Source: Escherichia coli
GTDB taxonomy: Bacteria > Pseudomonadota > Gammaproteobacteria > Enterobacterales > Enterobacteriaceae
NCBI RefSeq assembly: GCF_044324875.1
Contig: NZ_CP172185.1
Length of the DNA stretch: 64,000 bases
Strand: one strand, 5' to 3'
Part shown: positions 17,532-29,002 of the stretch, one piece after another
How the letters are laid out: each line of letters starts with the position of its first letter
Position numbering within the stretch: the first letter of the stretch is position 1
Notes under the pieces: model-generated
Database searches by the model: none
Told to the model about the DNA's origin: nothing
The model's input: only the letters and a program-made list of their open reading frames with translations
Made by a program: the position numbers and the translations under genes

Positions 17532-18959
17532 TTAGACAATCTCTTCCGCGTACTGCCAAAGCGCTTTTAACAGCGCCACTTTTTCTTTATCGTCGGCATA
17601 CTGCTGCGCCAGCATCTGAATCTCTTCTGCATAACCCTGCAAAAACTCTGGCGCGAAGACCTGGCGGCGGTGCTCCAGCCAGCGTTGCTGCTCGGCATAA
17701 TCCAGCGTCCCCGGGAAGTTGCGCGCCCGATAATTGAACAACAGCTTTTCAATTCGTTTATCAACAAAAGTGATATCCAGTGCCGGTAAATTACGCGGCT
17801 CGGTTTCAAGCACAATTTTCATTGCTGCGCGATCGGCGTCACTGAAAAAGCCATTATAAAGCTGTGCATCCACGTTATCTGAAGGCGTAAACGGTTCGGC
17901 TTCCGCGAATATCGCCACCACTTTTTCACGCACTTGCGGATTTTCACGCAGAATTTTCAGGTTATCGAGGCAATGCTGACGATTAATTCCCAGTCGGTCG
18001 GCATCTTCCGGGCGTAGCGTATTCGCCTGGGCCAGCACCGGACATTTATTGATATGCACCAGTTTAACCGGAACGGCGGCGTTATCGCCAAGATCGGCTT
18101 TTGCGGTATATAGACGCTCGCGCAATGTGTCGCTATCCAGTTCCAGTAATGGCGAAATGTCTCCTGCCAAATCCACCATAATTACGGCATTGCGATTTTC
18201 AGGATGCCACGCCAGCGGTGCCACCCAGCTGGTATTGCCGCGCCATGCCCCAAACATTCCGGAAACGTGAACCAGGGGTTTCATCTGCGGAACATCAATC
18301 AACGCCATCAGTTTGTGTTTATTACGATGGGTAAAGAGATAATCAAACAGGCGTGGCTGACGCGTTTTTACCAGTTTCGCCATCGCAATAGTGGCGTACA
18401 CATCAGCCATCGCATCGTGGGCGTTGCTATGTTCAATACCATTCGCTTTGGTTAAATGCTCAAGGCGAAAGCTCGGTAGACCGTCATCATTTTCAGGCCA
18501 GTTTATTCCTTCCGGGCGCAGGGCATAACAGGCACGCATAACATCCAGTAAATCCCAGCGCGAGTTATCATGCTGCCAGCTCCAGGCGTAAGGATCGTAG
18601 AAATTACGATAAAAAACGTTGCGTGTGACTTCGTCGTCGAAACGCACATTGTTGTAGCCCAGAATACAGGTCTTCGGTACGGTAAAAAGCGAGTGAATAC
18701 GGGCGGCAAATGCGGCTTCGTTTTCTCCTTTCGCCCGAGCTTCCTGCGGGGTAATACCGGTAATTAATACTGCTCCAGGCAGGGGTAAATAGTCATCCGC
18801 GGGCTTGCAGTAAAAGACTTCGGGTTCGCCGATGACATTGAATTCGTCATCGGTGCGAATGGCTGCGAACTGTGCAGGGCGATCTAACGCGGGGTGCGTG
18901 CCAAAGGTTTCGTAATCGTGAAACAAAAAGGTAGATTGTTGCTTACCGTCATTCATCAT
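17532..18959 (-). CDS. sbcB: exodeoxyribonuclease I
   Basis: ORF from 19007; start placed at MMNDGKQQSTFLFHDYETFG (DnaQ-like exonuclease motif). Confidence 0.9.
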   Translation of the reverse strand: MMNDGKQQSTFLFHDYETFGTHPALDRPAQFAAIRTDDEFNVIGEPEVFYCKPADDYLPLPGAVLITGITPQEARAKGENEAAFAARIHSLFTVPKTCILGYNNVRFDDEVTRNVFYRNFYDPYAWSWQHDNSRWDLLDVMRACYALRPEGINWPENDDGLPSFRLEHLTKANGIEHSNAHDAMADVYATIAMAKLVKTRQPRLFDYLFTHRNKHKLMALIDVPQMKPLVHVSGMFGAWRGNTSWVAPLAWHPENRNAVIMVDLAGDISPLLELDSDTLRERLYTAKADLGDNAAVPVKLVHINKCPVLAQANTLRPEDADRLGINRQHCLDNLKILRENPQVREKVVAIFAEAEPFTPSDNVDAQLYNGFFSDADRAAMKIVLETEPRNLPALDITFVDKRIEKLLFNYRARNFPGTLDYAEQQRWLEHRRQVFAPEFLQGYAEEIQMLAQQYADDKEKVALLKALWQYAEEIV

Positions 18960-19161
18960 TAGGTTAAATCCGTTGTTTCTGCTGTCTGCCAGAGTATCAA
19001 ATATCACCGTGCTAATCAGCTTTAGCGCGACAATTTGACAGCGAGTGGCAACAGATCATGTCAGATAAAAATGAGAGGGTAGTCACATTTTCTTGCACTT
19101 TATTCCAGCCAGTTCATAAGTATTTCCGTAAAAAGAACAGCTATTTGAAACTCCTGAGGGT

Positions 19162-20334
19162 TTGCTGTTGAAACGCCGTCTTATTATTGCTGCTTCTTTG
19201 TTCGTTTTTAACTTATCGTCTGGTTTTGCGGCGGAAAACATTCCTTTTTCACCTCAGCCTCCTGAGATTCATGCCGGCTCCTGGGTATTGATGGATTACA
19301 CCACCGGTCAGATCCTCACCGCGGGTAATGAGCATCAACAGCGCAATCCCGCCAGCCTGACAAAGCTGATGACGGGCTATGTCGTGGATCGTGCTATCGA
19401 TAGTCATCGCATTACGCCAGACGATATTGTCACCGTGGGGCGTGATGCGTGGGCGAAAGATAATCCGGTGTTTGTCGGTTCTTCACTGATGTTTTTGAAA
19501 GAGGGCGATCGCGTATCGGTACGTGATTTAAGCCGTGGTTTAATTGTGGATTCCGGAAATGACGCTTGTGTTGCACTGGCTGACTATATTGCCGGTGGGC
19601 AACGGCAGTTTGTTGAAATGATGAACAACTATGCCGAGAAGCTGCATCTCAAGGATACGCATTTTGAAACAGTGCATGGTCTGGATGCACCAGGCCAGCA
19701 TAGCTCGGCTTATGATTTAGCTGTGCTTTCTCGCGCTATCATCCACGGCGAGCCCGAGTTTTATCATATGTACAGTGAGAAAAGTCTCACCTGGAACGGT
19801 ATCACCCAGCAAAACCGTAACGGGTTATTGTGGGATAAAACCATGAATGTTGACGGCCTGAAAACGGGTCATACTTCTGGTGCCGGGTTTAATCTCATTG
19901 CTTCGGCTGTCGATGGGCAGCGTCGTCTCATTGCAGTGGTAATGGGAGCTGACAGTGCAAAAGGTCGTGAGGAAGAGGCAAGAAAATTACTGCGTTGGGG
20001 GCAACAAAACTTTACTACGGTGCAAATTTTGCACCGTGGGAAAAAGGTCGGTACGGAACGCATCTGGTATGGCGATAAAGAAAATATCGCCCTGGGAACG
20101 GAACAAGAGTTCTGGATGGTGCTACCGAAAGCCGAAATTCCACATATCAAAGCCAAATATACCCTTGATGGTAAAGAGCTCACCGCGCCAATTAGCGCCC
20201 ATCAGCGGGTAGGGGAAATTGAACTTTACGACCGTGATAAACAGGTGGCGCACTGGCCGCTGGTTACCCTGGAATCTGTCGGGGAAGGCAGCATGTTTTC
20301 TCGCCTGAGTGATTATTTCCACCATAAGGCCTGA
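19162..20334 (+). CDS. dacD: D-alanyl-D-alanine carboxypeptidase (PBP6b)
   Basis: ORF with signal peptide and SxxK motif (ASLTKLM); the track start is a TTG, so the true start may be 19168. Confidence 0.88.
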   Translation: MLLKRRLIIAASLFVFNLSSGFAAENIPFSPQPPEIHAGSWVLMDYTTGQILTAGNEHQQRNPASLTKLMTGYVVDRAIDSHRITPDDIVTVGRDAWAKDNPVFVGSSLMFLKEGDRVSVRDLSRGLIVDSGNDACVALADYIAGGQRQFVEMMNNYAEKLHLKDTHFETVHGLDAPGQHSSAYDLAVLSRAIIHGEPEFYHMYSEKSLTWNGITQQNRNGLLWDKTMNVDGLKTGHTSGAGFNLIASAVDGQRRLIAVVMGADSAKGREEEARKLLRWGQQNFTTVQILHRGKKVGTERIWYGDKENIALGTEQEFWMVLPKAEIPHIKAKYTLDGKELTAPISAHQRVGEIELYDRDKQVAHWPLVTLESVGEGSMFSRLSDYFHHKA

Positions 20335-20420
20335 CCTTTCTTTTGCAGCAGACTGGCAGGAGTGCGAGTCTGCTCGCATAATCAACACTCATTCCTTGTG
20401 GTTTTAATATTGCAACCACA

Positions 20421-20436
20421 CTGTATATAAAAACAG
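20421..20436 (+). promoter_or_regulatory. LexA (SOS) box upstream of sbmC
   Basis: ctgtatataaaaacag fits CTGT-N8-ACAG, about 17 bp upstream of the sbmC start. Confidence 0.75.
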
Positions 20437-20452
20437 TAATAATGGAGGCGTC

Positions 20453-20926
20453 ATGAACTACGAGATTAAGCAGGAAGATAAACGTACCGTTGCAGGTTTC
20501 CATCTCGTTGGCCCGTGGGAACAGACGGTAAAGAAAGGTTTTGAGCAGTTGATGATGTGGGTAGATAGCAAAAATATTGTGCCGAAGGAGTGGGTTGCTG
20601 TCTATTACGACAATCCGGATGAAACACCCGCCGAAAAATTACGCTGCGACACCGTCGTGACGGTACCGAATAACTTTACGCTCCCCGAAAACAGTGAGGG
20701 CGTCATTCTGACAGAAATTTCAGGTGGTCAATATGCGGTGGCGGTGGCTCGTGTAGTCGGTGATGATTTTGCTAAACCCTGGTATCAGTTCTTTAATAGC
20801 CTCTTGCAGGACAGTGCTTATGAAATGTTACCAAAGCCCTGCTTCGAGGTTTACTTGAACAATGGCGCGGAAGAGGGGTACTGGGATATCGAAATGTATG
20901 TTGCGGTGCAGCCAAAACATCACTAA
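20453..20926 (+). CDS. sbmC: DNA gyrase inhibitor SbmC/GyrI
   Basis: 157-aa [27 protein letters not shown]... Confidence 0.9.
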   Translation: MNYEIKQEDKRTVAGFHLVGPWEQTVKKGFEQLMMWVDSKNIVPKEWVAVYYDNPDETPAEKLRCDTVVTVPNNFTLPENSEGVILTEISGGQYAVAVARVVGDDFAKPWYQFFNSLLQDSAYEMLPKPCFEVYLNNGAEEGYWDIEMYVAVQPKHH

Positions 20927-21123
20927 TTCATCTCAGGGCGGTGTGTTGACGCGAAGACCTCTCTTTTTTTGAAAGCGAAAAGAGTAAGATGCGCCTTTCA
21001 ATTTTTTCGCTCCTGCCGGGAAATTACACTGTTCCCGGTTTGTCCGTCGGATAATTCAGAGGCGCGCCTTCTGGCCGACAGATGAGTTATGAGCGCTTTT
21101 AATCTTCATTACGGAGTTTCTGC

Positions 21124-22182
21124 GTGCGTGCCGATAAGTCATTAAGCCCGTTTGAAATCCGGGTATACCGCCATTACCGCATTGTGCATGGTACTCGGGT
21201 CGCGCTGGCATTCCTGCTCACTTTTCTCATTATCCGCCTGTTTACTATCCCGGAAAGCACCTGGCCGCTGGTCACCATGGTGGTGATTATGGGGCCAATC
21301 TCGTTCTGGGGGAACGTTGTCCCTCGTGCCTTCGAACGTATTGGCGGTACGGTGTTGGGGTCGATTTTAGGTCTTATCGCTTTGCAACTGGAGTTAATCT
21401 CGTTACCGCTGATGTTAGTCTGGTGCGCGGCGGCCATGTTCCTTTGCGGTTGGCTGGCGCTGGGCAAGAAACCGTATCAAGGATTATTGATTGGGGTGAC
21501 GCTGGCAATTGTTGTTGGTTCCCCGACAGGTGAAATTGATACGGCGTTATGGCGAAGCGGCGATGTGATCCTCGGCTCTTTACTGGCAATGTTGTTTACC
21601 GGTATCTGGCCACAACGAGCGTTCATCCACTGGCGCATTCAACTGGCAAAAAGTCTGACCGAGTATAATCGGGTCTATCAATCTGCATTCTCACCGAACT
21701 TACTCGAACGCCCGCGTCTGGAAAGCCATCTACAAAAACTCCTGACCGATGCCGTGAAAATGCGTGGGCTGATTGCGCCCGCCAGCAAAGAAACCCGTAT
21801 TCCAAAATCGATATATGAAGGTATCCAGACCATTAATCGCAATCTGGTTTGTATGCTGGAGTTGCAAATCAATGCATACTGGGCCACGCGCCCCAGCCAT
21901 TTCGTGTTATTGAACGCGCAAAAACTTCGTGATACCCAGCACATGATGCAGCAAATACTGCTGAGCCTTGTTCATGCGCTGTACGAAGGTAATCCGCAGC
22001 CGGTTTTTGCCAATACGGAAAAATTGAACGATGCTGTGGAAGAGCTGCGTCTGTTGCTTAATAACCACCATGACCTGAAGGTTGTGGAAACACCAATCTA
22101 TGGTTATGTGTGGCTGAACATGGAAACGGCACATCAGCTTGAGTTGCTATCGAATCTGATTTGCCGGGCCTTGCGCAAATAA
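21124..22182 (+). CDS. yeeA: FUSC-family inner membrane protein
   Basis: 352-aa ORF (GTG start) with multiple transmembrane segments; synteny between sbmC and yeeX. Confidence 0.8.
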   Translation: MRADKSLSPFEIRVYRHYRIVHGTRVALAFLLTFLIIRLFTIPESTWPLVTMVVIMGPISFWGNVVPRAFERIGGTVLGSILGLIALQLELISLPLMLVWCAAAMFLCGWLALGKKPYQGLLIGVTLAIVVGSPTGEIDTALWRSGDVILGSLLAMLFTGIWPQRAFIHWRIQLAKSLTEYNRVYQSAFSPNLLERPRLESHLQKLLTDAVKMRGLIAPASKETRIPKSIYEGIQTINRNLVCMLELQINAYWATRPSHFVLLNAQKLRDTQHMMQQILLSLVHALYEGNPQPVFANTEKLNDAVEELRLLLNNHHDLKVVETPIYGYVWLNMETAHQLELLSNLICRALRK

Positions 22183-22353
22183 TTCCTGAACTTCAGAATC
22201 ATCTTGCTGCTGCTTCGATTCAGCAAGGATAAAGGGTATGATAGTGAAAAGGGATAAAAGCATTGTCATCTGCGGCAGCTATGAGTAATGTTGGCCCTAA
22301 CGAATAGCGGTTGCTTAAACGAATCCGACTCTCACATTATCAGGGGTATAAAA

Positions 22354-22683
22354 ATGGAAACTACCAAGCCTTCATTCCAGGACGTACTGGAATTTGTTCG
22401 TCTGTTCCGTCGTAAGAACAAACTGCAACGTGAAATTCAGGACGTTGAGAAAAAGATCCGTGACAACCAGAAGCGCGTCCTGCTGCTGGACAACCTGAGC
22501 GATTACATCAAGCCGGGGATGAGCGTTGAAGCAATCCAGGGCATCATCGCCAGCATGAAAGGTGACTATGAAGATCGTGTTGACGATTACATCATCAAAA
22601 ATGCCGAGCTCTCCAAAGAACGCCGCGATATCTCCAAAAAGCTGAAAGCTATGGGCGAAATGAAAAACGGCGAAGCGAAGTAA
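22354..22683 (+). CDS. yeeX: DUF496-family protein YeeX
   Basis: [56 protein letters not shown]... (109 aa). Confidence 0.88.
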   Translation: METTKPSFQDVLEFVRLFRRKNKLQREIQDVEKKIRDNQKRVLLLDNLSDYIKPGMSVEAIQGIIASMKGDYEDRVDDYIIKNAELSKERRDISKKLKAMGEMKNGEAK

Positions 22684-22783
22684 TTCCTGTTTTATTCAAT
22701 GAGGGTTGCCCGGCAACCCTCATTGCTCATTGATTCTTTTCTGTGTATCAAAGTCATCATTCCCATCTGATAACCTATCGAAA

Positions 22784-23227
22784 TTAGCGACAGACATCTT
22801 CTGTATGCAGCAAGGCAAAAAGTTCTGTAACTCCATTGTTATTAACCGCACTGGTTACTAACACGTTGTGCGCTCCAGCTTCCCGTAACCAACATTTCAC
22901 CAAAGATATTTGTTCCATGCTGGCTAAATCTGCTTTGGTTACTACTCCAATGACCGGGCGATTCATTGACGAGGTAAAGCCTGGCGAAAAAGGGGACCAC
23001 GGTGCGTCCGCATTAAGCATCAGGGCGATAATGTCCGCTTCGCAGGCGCTGACCAACAATGCTCTGTAGAGGCTGCGGTTTTCGAGGTATTCGCCTGGTG
23101 TATCAATGGTGGTCGGGGACCAGACGATTGCCTGCGTTTTCTGATAATGAATATTTTCGCCACGCAGACATTGCGTGAGCGACGTTTTTCCGCACTGGCT
23201 GGGGCCGATGAGCATCATACGTTGCAT
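22784..23227 (-). CDS. pduV: EutP/PduV-family small GTPase
   Basis: 147-aa ORF with P-loop [10 protein letters not shown]; last gene of the pdu cluster. Confidence 0.85.
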   Translation of the reverse strand: MQRMMLIGPSQCGKTSLTQCLRGENIHYQKTQAIVWSPTTIDTPGEYLENRSLYRALLVSACEADIIALMLNADAPWSPFSPGFTSSMNRPVIGVVTKADLASMEQISLVKCWLREAGAHNVLVTSAVNNNGVTELFALLHTEDVCR

Positions 23228-23231
23228 AACG

Positions 23232-23582
23232 TCAGGTCCGCGTAATGGGGCAGGCGGTAAAGCGCATCATTTCACCCAGCGTACGGGTAACCTGGCTAAG
23301 TGCATATTCAATCGCAGAAACATCACCAGTCAGCACTACGGCACCGGTAAAACGATCAAGAAAACCGATCTCTACAGCGCCTGATTTTGTGGCGATATCA
23401 CATGCGATGATAGATGCTTCGCTGGGGGTAATTGTCAGAATGCCAATAGCAGAAACGGTGTCTGGTAAACCCAATTTCTTAAACAGATCCTTCCCTGGAT
23501 TGGCGATGACATGTGCCAGCGTGACCTGCTTACCAGGGACATATTCCTGAATCATCCGTTCAGTTGTGTGCTGAGTTGTCAT
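23232..23582 (-). CDS. pduU: microcompartment shell protein (circularly permuted BMC domain)
   Basis: ORF ...[80 protein letters not shown]... Confidence 0.85.
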   Translation of the reverse strand: MTTQHTTERMIQEYVPGKQVTLAHVIANPGKDLFKKLGLPDTVSAIGILTITPSEASIIACDIATKSGAVEIGFLDRFTGAVVLTGDVSAIEYALSQVTRTLGEMMRFTACPITRT

Positions 23583-24136
23583 TATCCCTCCACCATCTGA
23601 CGCCACATGGCTTCATGTGGACGGGCAATCACCGACCGATAGACCAACAAACCTTTTTCTCCCGCACGCTCGCTGGCGACAGAGACCGCGTTATTAACAT
23701 CTGAAATATCGCCAGCAACCACCATGTAGCATTTACCGCCAATGCCAAAAGCCATATGCACGCGAACAAGAATGACATTCGCAGCTTTGACAGCACAATC
23801 GGCAGCGTCAATGCAGGCGGCGACACTCCAGGTTTCGACTACGCCGACAGCCCGGTGCTGTTCAACTTGGTTCAGTCCGCTGATTGCAGAAAGGATGCTG
23901 GGATGAATATTCGGCAGGACAAGACTGTCGACCAGCATTTCACCAGCAAGGGAAGCACCGCTGTTGATGGCCTGTTGCACCGCGCCCACATCGCCACCGA
24001 GCATCAGCAGAAATTTTCCGGGGCATAGCGTTTTGCTGACCAGTAACTCAACGTTGGCGCTTTTCAGCATGGCGTCGCCGGTTTCCATCCCTTTCGCGAT
24101 ACTGCTAAGTTCTAAAATACCTACCGCTTTCGACAT
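23582..24136 (-). CDS. pduT: microcompartment shell protein with tandem BMC domains
   Basis: 184-aa [35 protein letters not shown]... with two BMC repeats. Confidence 0.85.
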   Translation of the reverse strand: MSKAVGILELSSIAKGMETGDAMLKSANVELLVSKTLCPGKFLLMLGGDVGAVQQAINSGASLAGEMLVDSLVLPNIHPSILSAISGLNQVEQHRAVGVVETWSVAACIDAADCAVKAANVILVRVHMAFGIGGKCYMVVAGDISDVNNAVSVASERAGEKGLLVYRSVIARPHEAMWRQMVEG

Positions 24137-24138
24137 CG

Positions 24139-25482
24139 TTAACCTCTCACAAGCGTAATCGCGTTTTCTGTCACATCGCTGACCATGCCATCAATACTGG
24201 CATGAATGGGGGCACCTAATGTGCCGTGTGGAATTTGACCTACACATTGCCCATGAACGACGCGATCGCCTTTTTGTACACACGCAATTGCGCTGGCACC
24301 GATGTGCTGGCGTAACAATAACGTCACTTTTTCGGTCTGAGGCACCTGTTCAGACAATGGCGCATCCTGATACCACGGGGTTAAGCCCAGTCTGGTTACC
24401 AGCCGTTTTACGGGAATCAGTCGATAATTTGCCATGGGATCTGCAGGATTTAAGGTACCTTCGTAACGGAGATTTTGTGCGCGTAATTCCTGCTTAAGCA
24501 GGCGGTTTATGCGCATTGGTGAAATTCCTACCGGACAGGCGACGCTGGCGCAGACGTTGCACTCCGAACAGGTGAGCGCCGTCAGTAACAGTTGTGGCGT
24601 AGCGAGCTGTTGGTAGTTAACCGCACGTACTAATAAATGGGGTGCCAGTTCGTGACCGATTAAATGACGTGGGCAGAGATCGGTACACAAGCGGCATTGC
24701 TCACAAACAGTTTTCGCGACGGCAAGTACGCTGCGGTCATTCTGCATTCGACATTGGATCAGTGAATGAGAGTTGGGTAAAACCAGCAAGCCGCCAGTGG
24801 TTTTGCTGACTGGTGTGTCGAGCGATGTGATCAAACTGCCCATCATCGGTCCGCCATTGATAAAACCAGGAGCATCCACTGTTGCGCCGCCCGCCAGCGC
24901 CAGGACTTCACGTAAAGACATGCCGATGGGGACGGTTACCGTTATTGGTTTCGCCACTGCACCATTAACGGTGAGTGTGCGGCGCGTCACTGGATACTGT
25001 TGCTCGACGGCTCTGGCAATATTAAGTACGGTTTGAACATTATTGACCACCACACCGACGCTAACGGGTAATGCAGCGGGTGGAACGCGGCGACCAGTTG
25101 CCATCCAGATGGTCAGCACTTCGTCTCCTGCGGGGTAAACATCGGGCAAAATATGCAGGCGGATATCCGGTGGTAACAGTGGTGTGAGTGCGTTTATTGC
25201 CAGTTGATATTTCTCTTTCAGCGCGATGATTCCGCTGCTGGCCCCGGTGGCTTTCATCGCATAGTGAACACCGCGAAGCAGGCGGCTGGCTTGCTGCGCC
25301 ATTAACTGTTGATCCACTTTCAACATGGGTTCGCATTCCGCCGCATTCACCAGGAAAGTGTCAACACGCGCTTGTAGCTTAATATGGGTTGGAAAACCTG
25401 CGCCGCCAGCACCCACGACACCAGCTGCCTGTACTCGCTCGCGGATGGTCTGGTCGTCGCAGGAGGTTAACTCGACGTTCAT
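24139..25482 (-). CDS. pduS: cobalamin reductase (RnfC-like flavoprotein with 4Fe-4S clusters)
   Basis: 447-aa ORF with a GAGGAGFP nucleotide motif and two CxxCxxCxxxCP ferredoxin motifs. Confidence 0.85.
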   Translation of the reverse strand: MNVELTSCDDQTIRERVQAAGVVGAGGAGFPTHIKLQARVDTFLVNAAECEPMLKVDQQLMAQQASRLLRGVHYAMKATGASSGIIALKEKYQLAINALTPLLPPDIRLHILPDVYPAGDEVLTIWMATGRRVPPAALPVSVGVVVNNVQTVLNIARAVEQQYPVTRRTLTVNGAVAKPITVTVPIGMSLREVLALAGGATVDAPGFINGGPMMGSLITSLDTPVSKTTGGLLVLPNSHSLIQCRMQNDRSVLAVAKTVCEQCRLCTDLCPRHLIGHELAPHLLVRAVNYQQLATPQLLLTALTCSECNVCASVACPVGISPMRINRLLKQELRAQNLRYEGTLNPADPMANYRLIPVKRLVTRLGLTPWYQDAPLSEQVPQTEKVTLLLRQHIGASAIACVQKGDRVVHGQCVGQIPHGTLGAPIHASIDGMVSDVTENAITLVRG

Positions 25483-26591
25483 AACAACTCCTCGAGCAGT
25501 TCTGCAATAGCGGTGGCATCAGCCGCACGCGGGTTGGTACGCAACGTTGCATCCGCCAGTGCCGCCTGAACCATATCTGGTATGCGTATTGACCATTCTG
25601 CTTTTTTTTCTTTCAGCACATTGGTAAGAGTCGGTAGCTTACAGGTTGTTTTAAGCTGTTCAATATGTTGAATAAGTGTATTCAGGCTGGCGGTGTCATT
25701 GGCGTTGTCCGGGCATAAATGGCACGTTTTCGCCAGCCGGGCGTAGCGTTTGGCAGCGCGCGGATCGCCAGCATTAAAGCGGATAACCGCCGTGAGCAGG
25801 AGCGCATTCGCCAGGCCGTGTGGCAGATGAAACTGTCCGCCGAGTTGATGAGCAATTGCATGGTTTAATCCCAGTCCAGCCTGGCTAAAGGCCATTCCTG
25901 CAAGTGTCGATGCATTATGCATTTTGCCACGGGTAGCGAGACAATCGCCTTTCTTCACTGCAGTGGGCAGGTATTGAAAAACAATTTGCACGGCTTTTTC
26001 GACCAGTGCATCCGTGAAGTCGCTGGCGCGGGGAGAAACATAAGCTTCAAGCGCATGGGTTAAAACATCCATCCCGGTATTGGCCGTTATCGCCGGTGGC
26101 ACGCTGACGACCAAAGATGGATCAAGGATCGCGATATCCGGATAAAGTGCATTATCGAAAAGGGGATATTTAATCCCTTTCTCAGGATCGCTGATGACAC
26201 AAGCACTGGTCACTTCGGAACCGGTACCGCTGGTGGTGGGAATGGCTACGCAGGTTTCAATTTCAATGCCACACTGGCGACCGAACCAGACAATTGCTTT
26301 TGCGGCGTCCAGGGCAGAACCGCCGCCAAAACCGATAACTACATCCGGGCGTAAAGTCTGCATTTGCGCAATGCCTTTCACCACGGTCTGGATAGTTGGG
26401 TCGGGCGTTATTTCGCTAAAAATACTGAGACGATTACTGTCGGGCAGCGCCTGATGCAACGTGTCAATAAGTGGTGAGCGTGCCAGAAAGGCATCGCAAA
26501 TAATCCAGATGTGTCTATGAGAGAAACGGCTAAGTACCTTGAGACTTCCTGGTCCGCTGTATAAACGCGTCTGCAGTGAAAAAGTATTCAT
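25479..26591 (-). CDS. pduQ: iron-containing alcohol dehydrogenase (1-propanol dehydrogenase)
   Basis: 370-aa ORF with the Fe-ADH GGGS motif (GFGGGSALDAAKA). Confidence 0.85.
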   Translation of the reverse strand: MNTFSLQTRLYSGPGSLKVLSRFSHRHIWIICDAFLARSPLIDTLHQALPDSNRLSIFSEITPDPTIQTVVKGIAQMQTLRPDVVIGFGGGSALDAAKAIVWFGRQCGIEIETCVAIPTTSGTGSEVTSACVISDPEKGIKYPLFDNALYPDIAILDPSLVVSVPPAITANTGMDVLTHALEAYVSPRASDFTDALVEKAVQIVFQYLPTAVKKGDCLATRGKMHNASTLAGMAFSQAGLGLNHAIAHQLGGQFHLPHGLANALLLTAVIRFNAGDPRAAKRYARLAKTCHLCPDNANDTASLNTLIQHIEQLKTTCKLPTLTNVLKEKKAEWSIRIPDMVQAALADATLRTNPRAADATAIAELLEELL

Positions 26592-26601
26592 TTCCGTTTC
26601 T

Positions 26602-27987
26602 CTAGCGAATTGAAAAGCCGCTGGTTAACACGCAGCGTCGTGAGCGGGCAAAAGTCCGTGCTGACGTTGTCCCTTCTCCGGTCGGTGTTGCAATGGTAAA
26701 GGTCGTAAAGCCTTCGCCGCCGACGCCAATACCCGCCCAGGAGGGGCCGTTTTTGACAAAGATTGAGGTTTGCATAACGCGTGCGGCAAGGTTGAGCCGT
26801 GAGACGTTCTGCGAGTGCATAATTGCCGTGTGGTGCAAGCCGTCTTCCACTTTCAGCGCCAGGGTGAGAGCGCTATCAAAATCGTTGACCTTCACAATGG
26901 GCAGCATTGGCATCAGTTGTTCACAAGTAACCCAACTATCATTGGCGTCGACAACAGCAATCAGTAGGCGCGGCGCTTTTGCGGGCAAAGGGAGGCCTGC
27001 CGCTTCCAGCAAGGCTGATGGGCTTTTCCCAACCAGTTTTTTGTTGGCGCTACCGTCTGGCAGGCAAATTGCACGCAATTTCTCCGTTTGCTCATAGTTA
27101 AGAAGAAGCGCGCCAAAACTTTGCATCTGCTGAATTAAATAATCTGCCACTGATGCCACGACAATCAGGCTTTTTTCAGCAATACACGGCAGGTTGTAAT
27201 CAAATGAAGCGCCGTTGATGATGTCCTCGGCGGCTTTCACAATATCCGCCGTTTCATCGACGATGCACGGAGGGTTACCCGCTCCGGCACCAATCACTTT
27301 CTTGCCACTTTTCATTCCCATGGCGACGATCCCCGGACCGCCGGTAATCGCCAGAACGCTGATTTTAGGGTGCGCCATCATCTGTTCGGTAGCAGCAAAG
27401 GTCGGTTCAGATACGGTAACGATCAGGTTATGAATGCCACTACAACGAAACGCGATGTCTTCGATTGTGGTAATCAGTTTTAACGAAACGTATTTGGCTC
27501 CCGGGTGTGGACTGAAGTAGACGCTATTACCTGCTGCCAGCATGCTGATGCTGTTGTTAATGATGGTTTCCGTGGGGTTGGTGCTTGGCGTGACCGAGCC
27601 AATAACCCCAAACGGGGAGTATTCAAACAAAACCATGCCACCATCACCGGTTAGTGCAGTGGTGGTTAAATCTTCAATTCCTGGCGTGTTATCGAGTGCC
27701 GCTTTGTTTTTTAGGTACTTATCTTCTTTATTTCCCATCCCCGTTTCTTTGGCGCTTTCTTCTGCCAGTTCGGTCAGGCGGGGTATTAATTCTTCGCGAA
27801 TGGCGCTGATAATGGCGCTACGGGTTTTAAGCGGGCACTGTTGAAAGCGTAAAAAGGCCTGGTGTGCTGCGCAGACCGCTTCATCAACAGTCTGGAAAAT
27901 AGCGTTTCTTTGCGCTCGTTGCGTAGCGGGGGCAAGCTGCTCACGCAGAATATTGCGGATCAGTGTTTCTAATTCAGAGTTATTCAT
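26602..27987 (-). CDS. pduP: CoA-acylating propionaldehyde dehydrogenase
   Basis: 461-aa aldehyde dehydrogenase-family ORF with an N-terminal encapsulation-like helix; position in the pdu cluster. Confidence 0.85.
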   Translation of the reverse strand: MNNSELETLIRNILREQLAPATQRAQRNAIFQTVDEAVCAAHQAFLRFQQCPLKTRSAIISAIREELIPRLTELAEESAKETGMGNKEDKYLKNKAALDNTPGIEDLTTTALTGDGGMVLFEYSPFGVIGSVTPSTNPTETIINNSISMLAAGNSVYFSPHPGAKYVSLKLITTIEDIAFRCSGIHNLIVTVSEPTFAATEQMMAHPKISVLAITGGPGIVAMGMKSGKKVIGAGAGNPPCIVDETADIVKAAEDIINGASFDYNLPCIAEKSLIVVASVADYLIQQMQSFGALLLNYEQTEKLRAICLPDGSANKKLVGKSPSALLEAAGLPLPAKAPRLLIAVVDANDSWVTCEQLMPMLPIVKVNDFDSALTLALKVEDGLHHTAIMHSQNVSRLNLAARVMQTSIFVKNGPSWAGIGVGGEGFTTFTIATPTGEGTTSARTFARSRRCVLTSGFSIR

Positions 27988-28991
27988 TGGTTTACTCCCA
28001 CGTTAATTGCCGCCATTGCGCTTTGGGCAATATCCATGTCTTGTTCAACGCTACCACCGCTGATGCCAAGCCCCCCGAGCAATATTCCGTCACGCCAGAG
28101 GGGGAAGCCGCCACCAAAGGTGACGACTTTGCCTTGCATATGGCTTTCGAGCCCATAAAGCGGCGCGCCGGGTTGCACGGTATCAGCAAGCTTGTGGGTT
28201 GCTGTTTTCATCGCCACGGCGGTCCAGGCTTTTTTCGGTGCCAGTTCACTGCTGACCAACAGGGCATCAGGCATCCGCCAGGTAACACTTTCTGTTCCGT
28301 TGGCATCAACAATGCTGATGACAACGGGAATATGCAGTTCATCCGCGCGCATTGCCGCACTACGAATGAGCTGGTGAAGATCCTGAAATGTGAGCGGCAT
28401 TGTGCGTTCCTTCAATGCTGGTGTGTGGTTGGCTTCGTGATAACGTTTTGTGATTTCCTGAATCATCAGGTTTTGATGAGCAACGTTGTCTTCCACTCGG
28501 GCGAGGGCATACAGGCAATCGGAAAGTCGGTTGATATAGTGCAGCAAAACATTCCGGACGTTGGTTTCCGTTGTCAGTTCAACCAGACGTCTTTCAGCCC
28601 GTCGAGCCACTGTGCGGGCGAAATGCATGTGGCTTGCGGCTTCAGATCGACCAGGCAGAATGAAGCTGTGAACTGGGGGGACGGCGTTCATTGCGCTATC
28701 GATCGCGTTTTCCAGCGCAGCAATTTCTTCCGTACTGATGTAACGCTGCTTCGCTGACGGCTGTTCGCTTTCACTCGCGAGTTCGGCGCTAAACCAAAAT
28801 ATCTGTTGTTGAATGGCTTCCAGTAAGATGCGATGGCTTTCGATGGCGGTGGCGCAATAACACAGACTGAGTGTCGCGTTCAGTTCATCCAGCGTGCCAT
28901 AGGTTTCGACACGTAGATGAGTTTTGCTGACGCGCTGTCCGGTAAATAAAGACGTACTTCCTGAATCACCTGTTCGGGTATAAATTGCCAT
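27984..28991 (-). CDS. pduO: ATP:cob(I)alamin adenosyltransferase (PduO-type) with C-terminal DUF336 domain
   Basis: 335-aa ORF MAIYTRTGDSGSTSLFTGQRVSKTHLRVETYGTLDELNA... Confidence 0.88.
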   Translation of the reverse strand: MAIYTRTGDSGSTSLFTGQRVSKTHLRVETYGTLDELNATLSLCYCATAIESHRILLEAIQQQIFWFSAELASESEQPSAKQRYISTEEIAALENAIDSAMNAVPPVHSFILPGRSEAASHMHFARTVARRAERRLVELTTETNVRNVLLHYINRLSDCLYALARVEDNVAHQNLMIQEITKRYHEANHTPALKERTMPLTFQDLHQLIRSAAMRADELHIPVVISIVDANGTESVTWRMPDALLVSSELAPKKAWTAVAMKTATHKLADTVQPGAPLYGLESHMQGKVVTFGGGFPLWRDGILLGGLGISGGSVEQDMDIAQSAMAAINVGVNQ

Positions 28992-29002
28992 CTTTCAGCT
29001 CC

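Noticed and set aside
27963-28757. 264-aa plus-strand ORF antisense to pduO and pduP
   Set aside because: It lies fully inside well-supported minus-strand genes; no start context and an unnatural amino-acid composition.
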